From the NCBI RefSeq assembly GCF_009914755.1, contig NC_060931.1: 64,000 nucleotides of DNA. One strand, 5' to 3'. Each line of letters opens with the position of its first letter. The stretch's first letter is position 1. The notes beneath the pieces were generated by a model. It did not search any database and was not told where the DNA came from. It saw only the letters and a program-made list of their open reading frames with translations. This DNA comes from the human T2T-CHM13v2.0 reference genome, Homo sapiens. A program made the position numbers and the translations under genes. Positions 45,427 to 59,079 of the stretch are shown piece after piece.

Positions 45427-45649
45427 CCAAACCAGGGTAGATGAAGACAAAGTTAAAAAGAAAGAAAAGGCTAGTGCTGGCAGAGAGCCTTCTGCTCCGA
45501 TTTGAGGTGTATGCATTTTATGCTGTAAAGCGTGGCCAGTCACAGGAGGATTCAAAGCCGAGGAGAGATACGATCAAATCTGCACTTGGGAAAGGGCACC
45601 TTGGTGCGCATCTGGGGATAGAGGAATGTAGGGATGGGAGGATGGGGGA

Positions 45650-45783
45650 TGGGAGTTTGGGGATGAGGCAGCTGAAGAACAGAGTCTTGTGATGGTGGAA
45701 CCAGGACTTCGTTGTTCCTTCATTGTGTGGGCAGAAGAGGTGGAGGATTTTAGGCGCCACCTGGTCTTGTCCCCACTGCCCAG
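45650..45783 (+). other. NME8: Probable NME8 non-coding exon 1 (5' boundary approximate)
   Basis: Ends in donor CCAG|GTATAG at 45783/45784. The region is GC/CpG-enriched and lies upstream of the next acceptor. The TSS cannot be fixed from sequence alone. Confidence 0.55.
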
Positions 45784-45878
45784 GTATAGCTGCTGTCTGG
45801 AGCAGGGGCCTCGAGACGCCGCTCAAGTCTCACGGGCAGATGGGTTGGACAAAACATTGCCCCCCTTCTTCTTCCCAG

Positions 45879-46111
45879 ACAGGCAGGGAATCCCTCTTCT
45901 TCCTTTTGCTGAATCAGCTGGAGAAGAAAGCCCAGCAGGATGCCTGCTAGCCTCAGCCTCGGGCCCTACCAGGGTCCTAGGTACTGGAATGGAACTTCGC
46001 CGAGGTCACCGCTCAAACGGCCACAACGAGGGAGCCGATTTAGATCCTCTGGGCCTGTTCCTTCCTTTTCTTTAAACGTCCCAGTCTAGCTTAGAGGAGG
46101 ACCTGTTTTGT
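45879..46111 (+). other. NME8: Probable NME8 non-coding exon 2 (5'UTR)
   Basis: Acceptor cccccttcttcttcccAG| at 45878 and donor TGT|GTAAGG at 46111/46112. Confidence 0.65.
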
Positions 46112-46642
46112 GTAAGGCTTGCCGGAGCAACCAGCACCTTTCCTGGAATACAGTCTTGTTTGTGGCTTTTCCTTTGTTGTACGCTAGCGTGCACTATCGC
46201 CCGCACGCTGACTGACCCCTGTTCTACACCGCCCCTGATACCACTGAATAGGGAGTTTGGGAAGTTTATGTCGTGCCCCAGAAAACACTAGTGGCCTTGT
46301 TCTCAAGATTAAATATCCTTAGAGCAGCCAGATCTGAAGAGGGACCCCAGAAAGATCCACGGGCATGTTCATATGTTTGCAATTGATAATATAGGAAACA
46401 CTTTCTAATATTTCAGGAAAACAAAACCTTTAAAAAAACCAGACGACGTGTAACTCCTAACATTCTTACCTTGCTTCAGGACTGTTGGGAGGATAAGATA
46501 GTGTGGCAGCTATAAGCATTTAGCATAGAGCCTAGCATACAATAGTCCTTCCATGACATTAGCTTCTCTCTCCCCAGCAAAGATGACACTGCATAATCCA
46601 ATGTACAGTGGGGAAATTTTTCACTAGTACATTAAGATGTTA

Positions 46643-47236
<594 letters not shown>

Positions 47237-47318
47237 AAGATGTTATTTGCATGCATAAAGAAAATGTTATTTAAATTTCCTACTTAAAAATTTTTCTTTT
47301 TCCTATGATAGTAGATAA

Positions 47319-47351
47319 ATGGCAAGCAAAAAACGAGAAGTCCAGTTACAG
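47319..47351 (+). CDS. NME8: NME8 first coding exon (exon 3), MASKKREVQLQ
   Basis: ATG at 47319 directly after an in-frame TAA. Acceptor TAGTAG at 47309-47314 and donor CAG|GTGGGT. The peptide matches the NME8 N-terminus as I recall it. Confidence 0.95.
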
Positions 47352-47429
47352 GTGGGTCTGACATATCAACAATTCTTTATCTGGTGCACTAGTGCTTGAA
47401 TACCTTTTACAGTGCCTTCCACTTTGCAG

Positions 47430-47487
47430 ACAGTCATCAATAATCAAAGCCTGTGGGATGAGATGTTGCAGAACAAAGGCTTAACAG
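47430..47487 (+). CDS. NME8: NME8 exon 4, TVINNQSLWDEMLQNKGLT
   Basis: ttgcAG acceptor and G|GTATAA donor; 58 nt; phase continues into the next exon. Confidence 0.95.
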
Positions 47488-47680
47488 GTATAAGGACTCC
47501 CCGGCTGTCTGGCCACCTGGGGTTTGACCCAGAGCTCCTCCTGGCACCCTGTCCCTCTAGAGTCCCCACTTTGACCAAGAAATCCTGCAGTGCCTTTGCC
47601 CTGGCCATGGCTCCAGATTGGGATAACTGCTATCCTAGATTGGTAGACTTTGTTATTTCATAAATATCATCATCTTCTAG

Positions 47681-47787
47681 TGATTGATGTTTACCAAGCC
47701 TGGTGTGGACCTTGCAAAGCAATGCAACCTTTATTCAGAAAATTGAAAAATGAACTGAACGAAGATGAAATTCTGCATTTTGCTGTC
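47681..47787 (+). CDS. NME8: NME8 exon 5, thioredoxin active site VIDVYQAWCGPCKAMQPLFRKLKNELNEDEILHFAV
   Basis: Canonical Trx motif WCGPC at 47701-47715; ttctAG acceptor and |GTAAGA donor; 107 nt. Confidence 0.97.
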
Positions 47788-48294
47788 GTAAGAATTTTGT
47801 TTTCATTAAACCACTGTTTTCACATTATATTAAGTTTTTAAGTATCCTCTAATACTTTAAGTATTGTCTTAATTTAAACAACCTGTCAGTTCTTCAAAAT
47901 AGATAGTCTTTACTTGGCAGTTTTACTATATATTTAATTCTACTAGATCTGAGAATGAATATGATTTTTATCCCATTCTTATAACGTCGAGGCTATTTAC
48001 CATGACTGTGAAAGTCAGAAAAGTGTAATAGTGGACACGTCTATTGTTCTGTTTCCTTTCACCTGACCACATGTTCAGTGTGTGTCCTTTAGAATAAGGG
48101 CTACAAAAGCTGTTTACTGGGTATCATTGAGTAGTGCCCTGGCATTAACCCAGTTACCATATTTTCCAGTGGCAATGATTTTTCCTCATTTATTTGCTAC
48201 CTACTTGCAATAAGGGATTAAAATATTATAGCCAAACACATTTTACTGAATTGTACTGTTTTTTCAATCTATTCACATAAAATGATCAACTAAT

Positions 48295-48790
48295 TAGAAT
48301 TTCGTTGTCCAACACGGTAGCTACTAGGCATAAGTGACTATGGAGCTCTTGCAATGTAGCTGGTCCAACTGAGGAGCTCAATTTTTAATTTTAATGAATT
48401 TAAATCTGGATTTTCAAACTGATACTCCATTGAGTTATTGTAAAACTTTTAAAATCTGGGATAACTTGAGTATGTGAATCTACTACTTAACTGTAAATGT
48501 TATTAAAGCTAATTAAGGATTAATTATTTCTGATTACATTTAACATATGAATTAAGACGTACTCTTAAGTGTAAGAGACACATTAGATTTTAAAAATTTA
48601 ATATGGAAAAAGAAAGTGAAATATGCCATCAATAATTTTATACATTGATTACATGTTGAAATGATAATATTTTGGATGTATCGGGTTAAGTAAAATTTAT
48701 TATCACATTATTTTCACCTTTTTTTGTTTTTAAATGTCCCTACTGGAGAATTTATATGTGTGGCTTATATAATATATTTATATTATATAG
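48295..48790. mobile_element. hAT-Charlie MITE (MER33/MER3-like)
   Basis: TTGTCCAACACGGTAGCTACTAG start and a matching degenerate end. Confidence 0.6.
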
Positions 48791-49214
48791 AAAAGCTCCC
48801 AAACCAACTAGACTTAAGATACAGGAGCAGATAACAGATGATAACAGATCTTTACTCCTTATCTCTGAAATACATAGTTCCTAATGCAGACATGCAACCA
48901 CAACCCACTCATGTTCTCCCAGTTACAGGTCTTTCATGGCCCCTTTCAACCCAAACATTGGAATGGGTTTGCCTACTGACCTTGTATTTCACTATCCATC
49001 CCCTTCTTTAAATGCATTTTCCATAGGACTTATTTTCCTTAGTTCAAGATGATGAATAAGCAGTTTAAAGCCTAGACACTCACCTCTTATTATTTTTCTA
49101 TTCAAGAGAGTAAGTGGCTGTCTACAGTAGTTAAATCCTGTTGTCCTGGTGAAGGAATTGACTTTTTTTTTTTGTCTTCTGAAATAAGGACTTTGTAAGG
49201 TTTTCATTCCTTTA

Positions 49215-50350
49215 ATTTTTTAAAAAATGTCTTTATATAGATTTTATTTTTAGAGCAGTTTTAGGCTCATAGCAAAATTTACCAGGAAGTAAAGAGTTCT
49301 CATATATCCCCTATCCCCACACTCTCATAGCCTTTTCCACCATCAAAATCCCACATCAGAGTGGTACATTGTTACAACGGATTAGCCTACACTGGCACAT
49401 CATTATTTACCAAAAGCCGTAGTTTACATTAAAGTTCATTCTCGGTGTTGTACATTTTAGGGAGTTTAACAAATGTGTAATGACATGTACTTACTATATT
49501 ATGGCATCATATAGTATAGTTTCATTCCCAGCAAAATCCTCTGTAATCTGTTCATCTCTCCCTACCTCATAACCTCTGGCAACCACCAATCTTTTGACTA
49601 CCTCCATAGTTTTCCCTTTTCCAGAATGTCATATAGTTAGAATCACATAGTGTGGAGCCTTTTCAGATTGGCTTCTTTTACTTAGTGATATGTGCCATGT
49701 CTTTTAATGATTTGATAGCTCATTTCTTTTTAGTGTCAAATAATACTTCATTATCTGGATATACCAGGGTTTATTTATCCATTCACCTGCTGAAGAACAT
49801 CTTGGTTGCTTCCAACTTTTAGCAGTTAGGAAAAGGCTGCTATAAGCATCCATGCTTAGGTTTTTGTATGAACATACTACACTTTCAACTCATTTGGGTA
49901 AATACCAAGGAGTAAGATTGCTGGATCATGTGGTAATGATATGTTTTATTTTGTAAGAAACCACCAAATCTTCCTAAGCAGCTGTACCATTTTGCATTCT
50001 TACCAACAATGAATGAGAGTTTCTGTTGGTCCACATTCTCACCAGCATCTGTTCTCTGGATTTTGGTCATCCTAATAAGTGTGTAGTGGAATCACTTTGT
50101 AGTTTTAGTTTGCGTTTCCCAAGATTATGTGAGGTGGAGCATCTTTATATATACTTATTTGCCATCTGTATATCTTCTTTGAGGAGGTGTCTGCTAAGGA
50201 TTTTGGCTTATTTTTTTAATTGGGTTGTTTGTTCTCTTATTGTTGAGTTTCAAGTATTCTGTGTATTTTGAATAACAGTCTTTTATCAGGTATTACTTTT
50301 GCAAATAGTTTATCCCAGTCTGTGGCTGCTTTTTTCATTCTCTTGTCATT
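49215..50350 (-). mobile_element. L1MA/MB 3' fragment
   Basis: Antisense L1 3'UTR and ORF2 C-terminal remnants. Confidence 0.75.
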
Positions 50351-51065
50351 GTAGTTTTTTTAAAGACAAGATTCTGTAACAACCTGTTTCACTCTGGAGA
50401 ATCACAACCACCAGAAAGGAGCTAGGAAATTATTCTAGACTTGATTCTTCACAGAGAAGAAAAATCAAGTTAGAAGACCAGAGAATAGAGCCTAAAGGAG
50501 ATTGCCACATGCAGTTGGAAAGGGGTTGATAGAAGTTAAAATACAGTATCACAAGTGTCTAACAGCTGACAGATGGATCACAGGGAATTGAGGATCAGGA
50601 AATTCTTGTGAATCCTGGCAGTTGGCATTAGGAAAGTGGCAGTAGACGTTCACATAGACTAGGGGTTCCGGATTCTGGTGACCTGCCCATAAAGGTGAAA
50701 GAAAATTATATCTCCAAACCTCCATTGTGAGCAGCAATGGAGGGATGCCCTCTGCCGGACATATTGTTTTCTGCTGTTAATCAAGGAAGAACTTGAACAT
50801 GTAGGTCCAAAATTAAAATGTATGAGGTTATTTCCTATTAAAATTGCCCTGAGCTGAATGGTCAGTATACAATTTTTTTCTGCTGTGTGCCTTTTTAAAA
50901 GAGGAACATTAAATATTTTATATATATATATAGAGGCATATAAAAATTTAGTTAATAGTGTTTATTATAGTTACTGTTATATTATTATTAAATTATTTAA
51001 TCCTTAATAATTTATGTATTATAATATAAACATTATAATTATAATACATGAATTACTTCTAAATA

Positions 51066-53230
51066 GAGTTGACCCTTACCAATGCTGGAGTTAGGGGTGC
51101 TAACCCCCCACGTAGTAAAAAATTCATATATGACTTTTGACTCCACCAAAACTTAACTACTAATAACCTACTGTTGACTGGAAACCTTATGGGTAACATA
51201 AACAGTCGATTGATACATATTCTGTATGTTATGTGTATTATATACTATATTCTTGCAATAAAGTAAGCTAGAGGAAAGAAAATAGTATTAAGAAAATTAT
51301 AAGGAAAACAAAATATATTTACTATGCATTAAGTGGAAGGGGATTACCATAAAATTCTTCATCCTCATCATCTTAACATTGAGTAGGTTGAGGAGGAGAA
51401 GAAGGAAGAGGAGTTGGTATTGACGTCTCAGGGGTGGCAGAAGCAGAAGAGGTGGAGGAAGTGGAAGGGGAGGCAGGAGAAGCAGGCATAGTGGATGTAA
51501 TTTTATGGAAATACGTGGTAATTTCTGTCTGACGTTTTTGCTTTTTCATTGCTCTAAAAATGTTTCTATGTGGTACCAATCCTTCTTCCACCATTTGCTT
51601 TGGTTTCAGTGCCCATATCATAGAAGGGTCCATGTCATAAATGAAGTCAAAAGCAGTCTTGAATAACTGGAATTCTTCTGCCAGATGTTCTAATGTCAGT
51701 TTGTTTTCTGGCACTGGCTCTTCTACATCTTCTCCCTCATCGTCTGGCACTGCTTTAGAGGCACTCATCTCTATCAATTTGTCTTCTGTTAATTCCTCTG
51801 GTGTGGTGTCTCTCAGCTCTTGGATTTCTCCAACATCCATATCTTGAAACCTTTCACCCCCCACCTTTTTGCCACATACACAATCTCTTTTATGACTTCC
51901 TTAATTGGCTCTGTCATAAATCCCATGAAGTCATGCACAACATCTGGACACAATTTTCTCCAGCAGGAATTTATTAATTTGTGCTTGATAGCTTTTGCAG
52001 CTTTTTCTATAACAATGATGGCATCTTCAATGGTGCAATTCTCCCAGACTTTAATGATGTTCTATCAGGGTTCTCTTCCATAGCACTGACATTTTTTCCA
52101 TAGAGTACCACGTGTAATGAGCCTTCCAGGTCCTTATGAGCCCCTGATCTAGAGGCTGAATTATAGATGTTGTGTTTGGAGACAAGTAGATCATTTTGAG
52201 ACCTTTGATGTCGACCTCATGGGATTCTCAGTGACCAGGGGCATTTTCCAATATCAAAGAACTTTAAAAACAGTCTCTCACTGGCAAGGTACTTCCTGAC
52301 ACCAGGGACAAAGCACTGATGGAACCAATCCAGAATAAAAGGTTCTCATTGTCCAGGATTTCTTGTACAACTGAAAGACTGGCAGCTGGTGTTATCTTTT
52401 CCTTTCAAGGATTGGGGGTTAGCAGTTTTATTGAGAAAGATAGCCCTGATCATAAACCCAACTGCAATGCATAAAATGGTTGAGTTAGCCTATCTCTTCT
52501 TCCTTAAGTCTTGGTGCTCACTTCTCTTCTTTACTAAATAACGAACTTTGTGGCATTCCCCTCCCCCCACCAAATCCCAAGTTTAGGGCACTTTCATCTG
52601 CATTAAAGACCTGTTCAGGTAGACATCTTTTCTCCTTAATTATTTTCTTAAAGGCATCTGGAAACTTTTCTGCTGTCTCTTGGTCAGCAGCAGCTGCTTC
52701 TCCTGATATGTTAATATTTTTTAACCTTTTCAAAAATTATCAAACCATCCTTTGCAGGCATTAAATTCTCCAGCTTTAGATCCCTCGCTTACTTTTGCTT
52801 TAAGTTGTCATATGATAACTTTGCTTTTTTGGGAATCATATTAGAGTCTATAGGCATGCCTTTCTTATAGTAATCCTGCACCTGCATAAAAGCTGCATTT
52901 TCAGTGTGAGATAAAAAGGTATTTCAGAAAAAGTGCAAGATCTATATGCCTGCTGGCACAGCTGCAGCAATGGCTCAATGAACTTCCTTTAAAAAAAAAA
53001 CCCAATTACTCTTAGACTGGATTCTTTTATCTTGAAATGGTGGGCAACTTCAGCTGCAGACCTCAATCTAGGGTACCTATCAGGCAAGTCAGCTCTTTCT
53101 TGTAATGTCATGATTTTTCTCAGCTTTTTAGCAGCACTTGCAACATCCCTAGTAGCACTTTATCTGGATCTCAAGGTGTTAGTCAAGGTTTATGGTATTG
53201 CACTGAACACAATGAAAATTCCACTTTGAA
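51066..53230 (-). mobile_element. Tigger2-like (pogo) DNA transposon, decayed transposase
   Basis: ORFs 51373-51864 (GGERFQDMDVGEIQEL...) and 52518-52733 (GEAAAADQETAEKF...QVFNADE) are Tigger transposase pieces; the terminus GTTGACCCTT follows a TA. Confidence 0.88.
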
Positions 53231-53259
53231 AAGCATTGCCTTAGATTACAAAAACCAAC

Positions 53260-53573
53260 TGTTATAAACTGAATGTTTGCCATCAAATTTCATATGTTAA
53301 AATCCTAATCTCCAATGTGGTGATATTTGGAGATGGAGACTTTAGAAGGTAATTAGAGTAAAATCAAAGCTTTTATTTAAATAAAGGAAGAGACATATGA
53401 TTTCTTCCAGGTGAGGACATTAGTGGAGAAGAGGGCCTTCACTTCTGGCACCCAGACTGTGCTGGCACCCTAATCTGAGACTTCCAGCCTCCAGAACTAT
53501 GAGAAATAAATGATTGTTGTTCAGCCACCCAGTCAATAGCAATTTGCTATTGCAGCCCAAACTGACTAAGACA
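53260..53573 (+). mobile_element. MaLR solo LTR (MLT1A-like)
   Basis: TG...CA ends with 5-bp TSD CCAAC (53255-53259, 53574-53578). Confidence 0.85.
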
Positions 53574-54325
53574 CCAACTCTTACAGAAGACCCTACCAAA
53601 CGATCTCATTCTGGCAGCTGGACCAATGGATACTATGTTAATATGGAAGAAGACACTATTATTGAATGTATAGTTGTTCATAATTAATTTGGAACAACTT
53701 GAAATTTATGAGAAAATATTAAGAAAATTACAGACATAAAATTCAAAATCTTTAAAAGTTGACTACTAATTTATTCAAGGAATGTTTAGTAAACCTCTTT
53801 TAATGTATGGCCCTATGACTGACAGAGGGAGATGAGATACAAACGTGGATAGGAAACATACTATCTCTGTGCACACAACTCTCCTTCTAACACAGCAGGT
53901 GTAACAGGCCCACACGTGCCTGTAGTAGAATATTGAAAGGGACATAGGTGCCTTGGGAGAGGGGCAGTAACGTGCTGTGCAGAACGAGAGATGATTTACA
54001 GCAAAAGGAAGTGAGACAGAATTGGAGGAAGGATAGTTGAACAGGGACCGTAAAAGAAGGGCAGGACCAGGGAGGAAAAGATGAGTAAATAAGTTTGGCT
54101 AAAGGTTGGTTAATGTAAAGGGAAACGGTGCGGAAAGGTTAAGGCCAAATGACGTAGGGCTTGAATCGCCAGTATGTGCAGTTTGATCCCTAAAACCACT
54201 AAGGCATACCGAATGTTGCAGTAAACCTAAAAATTATATATATCTCTGCATTGTTTCAACATAGTGTATCAAATTACTTGAATATAGTTTTATTTATTAT
54301 TATATGAAATGTTTACTTTTTCCAG

Positions 54326-54397
54326 GCAGAAGCTGACAACATTGTGACTTTGCAGCCATTTAGAGATAAATGTGAACCTGTTTTTCTCTTTAGTGTT
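54326..54397 (+). CDS. NME8: NME8 exon 6, AEADNIVTLQPFRDKCEPVFLFSV
   Basis: tttttccAG acceptor and |GTAAGT donor; 72 nt, in frame. Confidence 0.95.
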
Positions 54398-54966
54398 GTA
54401 AGTATATTTACTTTCTCAATTGCATTATCAGATTCCAGTTTGCAGTTAAGAACAAGTAACATTGTAAAATTACCATGAAATTGTTTGCCAATGACAGTAA
54501 TTACACAATGTTTGCCTTATCTTTTCTTGACTATTTATAAATTTTATAATTTGGCTGCTAGGAGCTTATTATGGATTGAAGGGATTAGATGATGACACAC
54601 TGGATTCATCAGGGAAAGGAAAAGTAAGATGGTGTTTATCTTTACCAAGGAAATGATCAGAGATTTGCACAATAAATTTTTTACAGGAGTAAAACCTTGG
54701 AAATTTCATAGATACCTAGCAAGAGAGAACTGGTTATAAACATTCATGCATATCCATACAAGAAAGCATCTGTATGATCAGTCTTTTGTAATACACATTA
54801 CTCTTATCTCTATATTTATAAAGAAGAAAGCAAGTGGATCCACCAAAATGTTATAGCAGTTTTCTATGTGTGAGGAACAGGTGACTAATTTAAGTTTTAT
54901 TATTCATACTATTCTATATTTTCCACATATTCTGTGAGGAACACACAACTTTAATAATCAGACAGA

Positions 54967-55100
54967 GGCCAGGCATAGTGGCTAACGCCTGTAATCTCAG
55001 CACTTTGGGAGGCTGAGGTGGGAGGATTGCTTGAGGCCACGAATTCAAGATCAACCTGGCCAACATAGGGAGACCACATCTCCATTTTCAAAAATAAGTA
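54967..55100 (+). mobile_element. Alu monomer (FLAM_C-like)
   Basis: GGCCAGGCATAGTGGCT... left monomer with an A-rich tail. Confidence 0.8.
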
Positions 55101-55807
55101 ATAATAAAATAAATATAAAATATAAATGAATAATTAGAAAGACATAAATAGTGCTATTTTCTAAAAGCAGAGTGTACAGTTAGTGCTAAATTGTGTGACA
55201 CAGGGTATAGCTGCTACAGAGTTCGAGAACTGAGACAGAAGAAAGAAAGCCTTCACGGAGGAGATAGACAGGACTTGGACTGTTCCTCCACTGTGGATAT
55301 TTATTTTTGATATTAGAAATACTCATTAAAAACACATCTTGGATATAACTTTTTTCTGCTATTAAACAATATTCTTGCAACCCTTTCAAAGAGTTGAATT
55401 GCTGGGTTAATGATTAAAAAATGCATTGAATGGTAAAAAATGCATTGTAGATCTCCTCTAAGTTGGATGTTTAGAATTCAACGATTTAGGTGAGGGGTCA
55501 GCTAACGTTGTTTTTGTTGTTGTTGTTGTTTTGTTTTGTTTTTTGTAAAGGGCCAGGGAGTGAATAATTTCAGCATGATTAAAATACAGTCTCTGGACTG
55601 GGTTGAGGTTTGCTGACTCCTAAACTAGATGTCATTACACTCATGAGGGGACCAGAATGAATAACAACACAGAGGCAGAATGGGCTTGGGGGGCTCATGG
55701 AACAATGAGGAGGCTTTAGCTGCACGTAGTGGGTAGGTGCATGGGAATGAGAGAAAAGATTGGGCAGGTGGGTCACATTGTAGAGGCTGGAGCTCTGGGA
55801 TAGTCGA

Positions 55808-56216
55808 TAATATAGTTTGGATATTTGTTTCCTCCAAATCTCATGCAGAAATGTGACCTCCAGTGTTGGAGGTGGGGCCTAGTGGGAGGTGTTTGGGTCA
55901 TTGGGGCGGATGCCTCATAAATGGCTTGGTGCCCTCCCTACAGTAATGAGTGAGTTCTCCCTCTATTAGTTCATGCAGGAGCTAGTTACTTAAAGAGCTT
56001 GGCACTGTCTCACCTTTCTCTCACTCCTTCTCTCTCCACATGACATGCTGTCTCCCTTTCCCTTCCTCCATGAGAACAAGCTTCCTGAGGCCTCACCAGA
56101 AGCAGATGCTGGTGCCATGTTTGTACAGTCTGCAAAAGTTTGAGCCAAATAAATTTTTCTTTACGAAGTTCCCAGCTTCATGTACTCCTTGATAACAACA
56201 CAAAACAGACTAATCG
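55808..56216 (+). mobile_element. MaLR solo LTR (MSTB-like)
   Basis: ATAGTTTGGATATTTG...CCAAATCTCATG start; AATAAA and ...ACAGACTAAT end. Confidence 0.75.
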
Positions 56217-56299
56217 GGCCATCACCCCGACCGCTAGTCCAGTCTGACCAGTAGACCCAGCCCCACTCTCCTTAAGTGTACCATCCAATCCATGTTCTC

Positions 56300-58710
56300 T
56301 AATGCCTGCAATCAGTGCCCAGAGTTTAAGTCCACCCTTCCTCATAGCCATGTTTCATCCATCCTTCTAATGCTTATTCTTTGTCACACCCAGTTCTCCA
56401 ACTCTTCCCCTATCTCCCAAACCTTTCCACTCTATGACATCTGGAATTAAAATGACTTCCTAAGATTTTTGACCATGGCTCTGAGCTTTTGTCTCGCTTC
56501 CTTGGCTTACCTTAGTTCTACCTTCTTCCTTTGGACACTCTCTCCACAGCCCAGAAGTGATAACTGTTTATTTCAGAATGTGAAGTATAGTTGGTGTTTG
56601 CTTTACTTCTTAGTTCTTCAATAACTTTCTTTTCTTTGCTATTACTAGAGGTCTGTTTCACGTGGCTAAATCTCCAATTCCCCCATCTCACTCCTGTCAT
56701 TTACCGACCTTCAGATCAGGTCTATTGATGACTGAAGTCTTTGGCGTGTGGTTTAAAGTCTTACTCTCAATCCTGAGTCCTGCCATCACCTTGAGGACTT
56801 TAGTATCCACACTGACAACCCGCCCAATATCCTGGCCTTTCAATTCTTGACCTCCTGGCTGCTAATAAACTTTTCTTCCAATAAACTTCATCGAATCACT
56901 CCTGCAATCATGTCTCAGACTGCCCATTGCTCCACATCCATAATCATTAATTTAAGAATAGAATTCTGTGATCACAAAAACACCATCAAGTCCAATGCTC
57001 ATTTTATTCAGATATTCCCTCAATGTCCCTTTGTACGGGTCAGCATTTTTAGCTGACAACAGATTCATTCCAGCTAGTCTCAGCAGAAGCCTTCCTCAAG
57101 AGATATTAGATAATTCACAGAATTGTTGAAAGATACTTTTTAGTTGGAAATGGTAACTAGAGTTTCAGGTTTCATTTAAACCTTACTCAACTGTATCTTT
57201 CTCATTGGCTTTTGAATATGATTAAGTCTTTTCAATTTAAAAAATATATAATACTTCTTTCTGATAGCATATCCCTCTCTAGCCACCATCCATTTCTTGT
57301 CTTCACCTCACAGCTAAGTTGGTCAGAAGACTTTTTATATTTAATTTTACTTCTTTTCTTTTCATCCCATTAACTCCTCAATCCATTCTACCTGAGCTCT
57401 GATTATTCCACCAAAATTGCTGTTGCTAATGTATCCAAGTACCAGCCTGTACTAAGTATAATGGATATTGTTAGGTATTCATCATTTGTACCTCTTAAAT
57501 GGTTTGAATATGGTGACCATGCCCTCCTTTTTAAAATATTTGCTTCTTTTGGCTTATGTGACTTGGTTTTCCTTTCACCTTCCTGGATGCCACTTCCCTC
57601 TGTTCCTTTGGCAAATTCACCCTTCTTTATTCCACGATTAAATATTGACTTTATCAGGCTGTACGCTCTCCTTAGAAAATTTCCTCTACACACAGTTTCA
57701 GTCACCACCATCTGTATATCAATAAATCACGTTTACATCTTCAGCTGAATGCTATGCTTTCCACTCGCAGCATTTCCAGTTGGGGTCTAGGCATCTCCTA
57801 TTGGCTTTCTCAAAATGCATCTCACAGCAAACTCATTCAATACCAGATCTTCCTCCCCACAAAACACAGTCCCCTTCTATTGTCTCTGAATTTGGCATAT
57901 AATATGATAACTTATAATTTATCCAGTTTTCAAGTGAGAAACAGAAGAGTCACCTTGTGACATCTCTTTACATCACATTCTATCCAAGTCATACCTTGGA
58001 CCTGTAAATTTTACTGCCCAGGTCTCTGTCACACTCATCTACCTCTTTCCATCCTTTCCATCTCCACCACCGTCATCTCTCCACCTCCACCTCTAGCATA
58101 GCTCCTAACTTGTCTGCGAATATTTTCTTTTGCTCCCCCCAGCATTTTTTCCACACAGTAGGTGAAATAATTTTTACAAACAATTTTAATCATGGTCATG
58201 GCCTCTGCTTAAACATTCTGACTGCACTTAGGATGAAGACTGAATCCCTGGCCCACCAGGCTGCGCACAGTTTGGCTTCTCCTGGTTGCTGGGCTTCAAC
58301 TCACACCAGGCTCCCCCTCACTTTGTCACCTGGCCTTGTCACTTGCCATCTTCCCTTCCAGCTTTAGAACCCTTATGTCTGTTATTCCTTTTGCTCTTTC
58401 TTCTCCTTTTTGCCCAATTAGCTCTTACCCGTCTTTCATATTTTAAACCAAGAATCACTTCCTGACATTGAGAAGTACCTTTCGTGATCTCTTTGACCAA
58501 AACCCATTCTTATAGGAGCTCCAAGGGCTTTGCACCACTCTTGGTAGCACCTACTAAGGTTGCTGTTTCACATGTTTGTGTTTTTATGTAGGGCTTTTTA
58601 AAAAAAACCTAATTAGGTCAGGTACCAGATCCATTATGTTATACCATTGTGCCTGGTACGGCACCAGTAAACAGATGCTTAGTAAACAGGTGTTAAAAGA
58701 TGAGTGAGTG
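56300..58710 (+). mobile_element. L2 fragments
   Basis: Degenerate L2 body ending in a ...GATGAGTGAGTGAA tail. Confidence 0.55.
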
Positions 58711-59079
58711 AAAGGGGCATGGTGTCAAAAATAACTAGGGAGGATGTCATTGGGAGGCCTATCCAGAATTGTTCAACTTTAAAGCAAGGATGCCTCAGGA
58801 GAGATTGCATCAGGTGAGAGCTCCTGCAGGGGGATGACTTGCTGCAAGGTGCTGGAGGACATGCAAATTGGAGGTAGAACTCAAAGAGCTGAGTTTATCA
58901 AGTCAAGAACATTCACAGTATTAAGACCTTACTGTAAAACGTTAATTACCATAGCTAAAAGAGGATTCATGAGGATGAGAGTAGGGTAGAAGGGAGGGAT
59001 GACTTAGTCCAGTTTAAGTGTTAGTTCTTGATGTGTTCTCCAAATGAAAGTTCCCCTCCTGTTTTCATTTCCCTTATAG

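Larger units (their letters stand above)
45427..46260 (+). promoter_or_regulatory. NME8: NME8 promoter / first-exon region (CpG-enriched relative to flanks)
   Basis: Local excess of CpG (e.g. 45750-45830, 45995-46040, 46180-46230) around the first exons; candidate RFX X-box at 46118-46131. Confidence 0.6.

Noticed and set aside
43891-45555. Five long ORFs (189-554 aa) of poly-E/K/R/G or poly-F/L/S/P, one with a good Kozak ATG at 44082
   Set aside because: Purine-only or pyrimidine-only repeats cannot form stop codons, so all frames are open by composition. They lie upstream of the probable TSS and there is no other evidence of coding.
47352-47429. 78-nt intron 3 (multiple of 3) as an in-frame retained intron
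   Set aside because: It contains an in-frame TGA at codon 16, so retention would truncate the protein.
51373-52733. Tigger ORFs as a domesticated TIGD-like gene
   Set aside because: They are fragmented by stops and frameshifts inside an ordinary intronic transposon copy.
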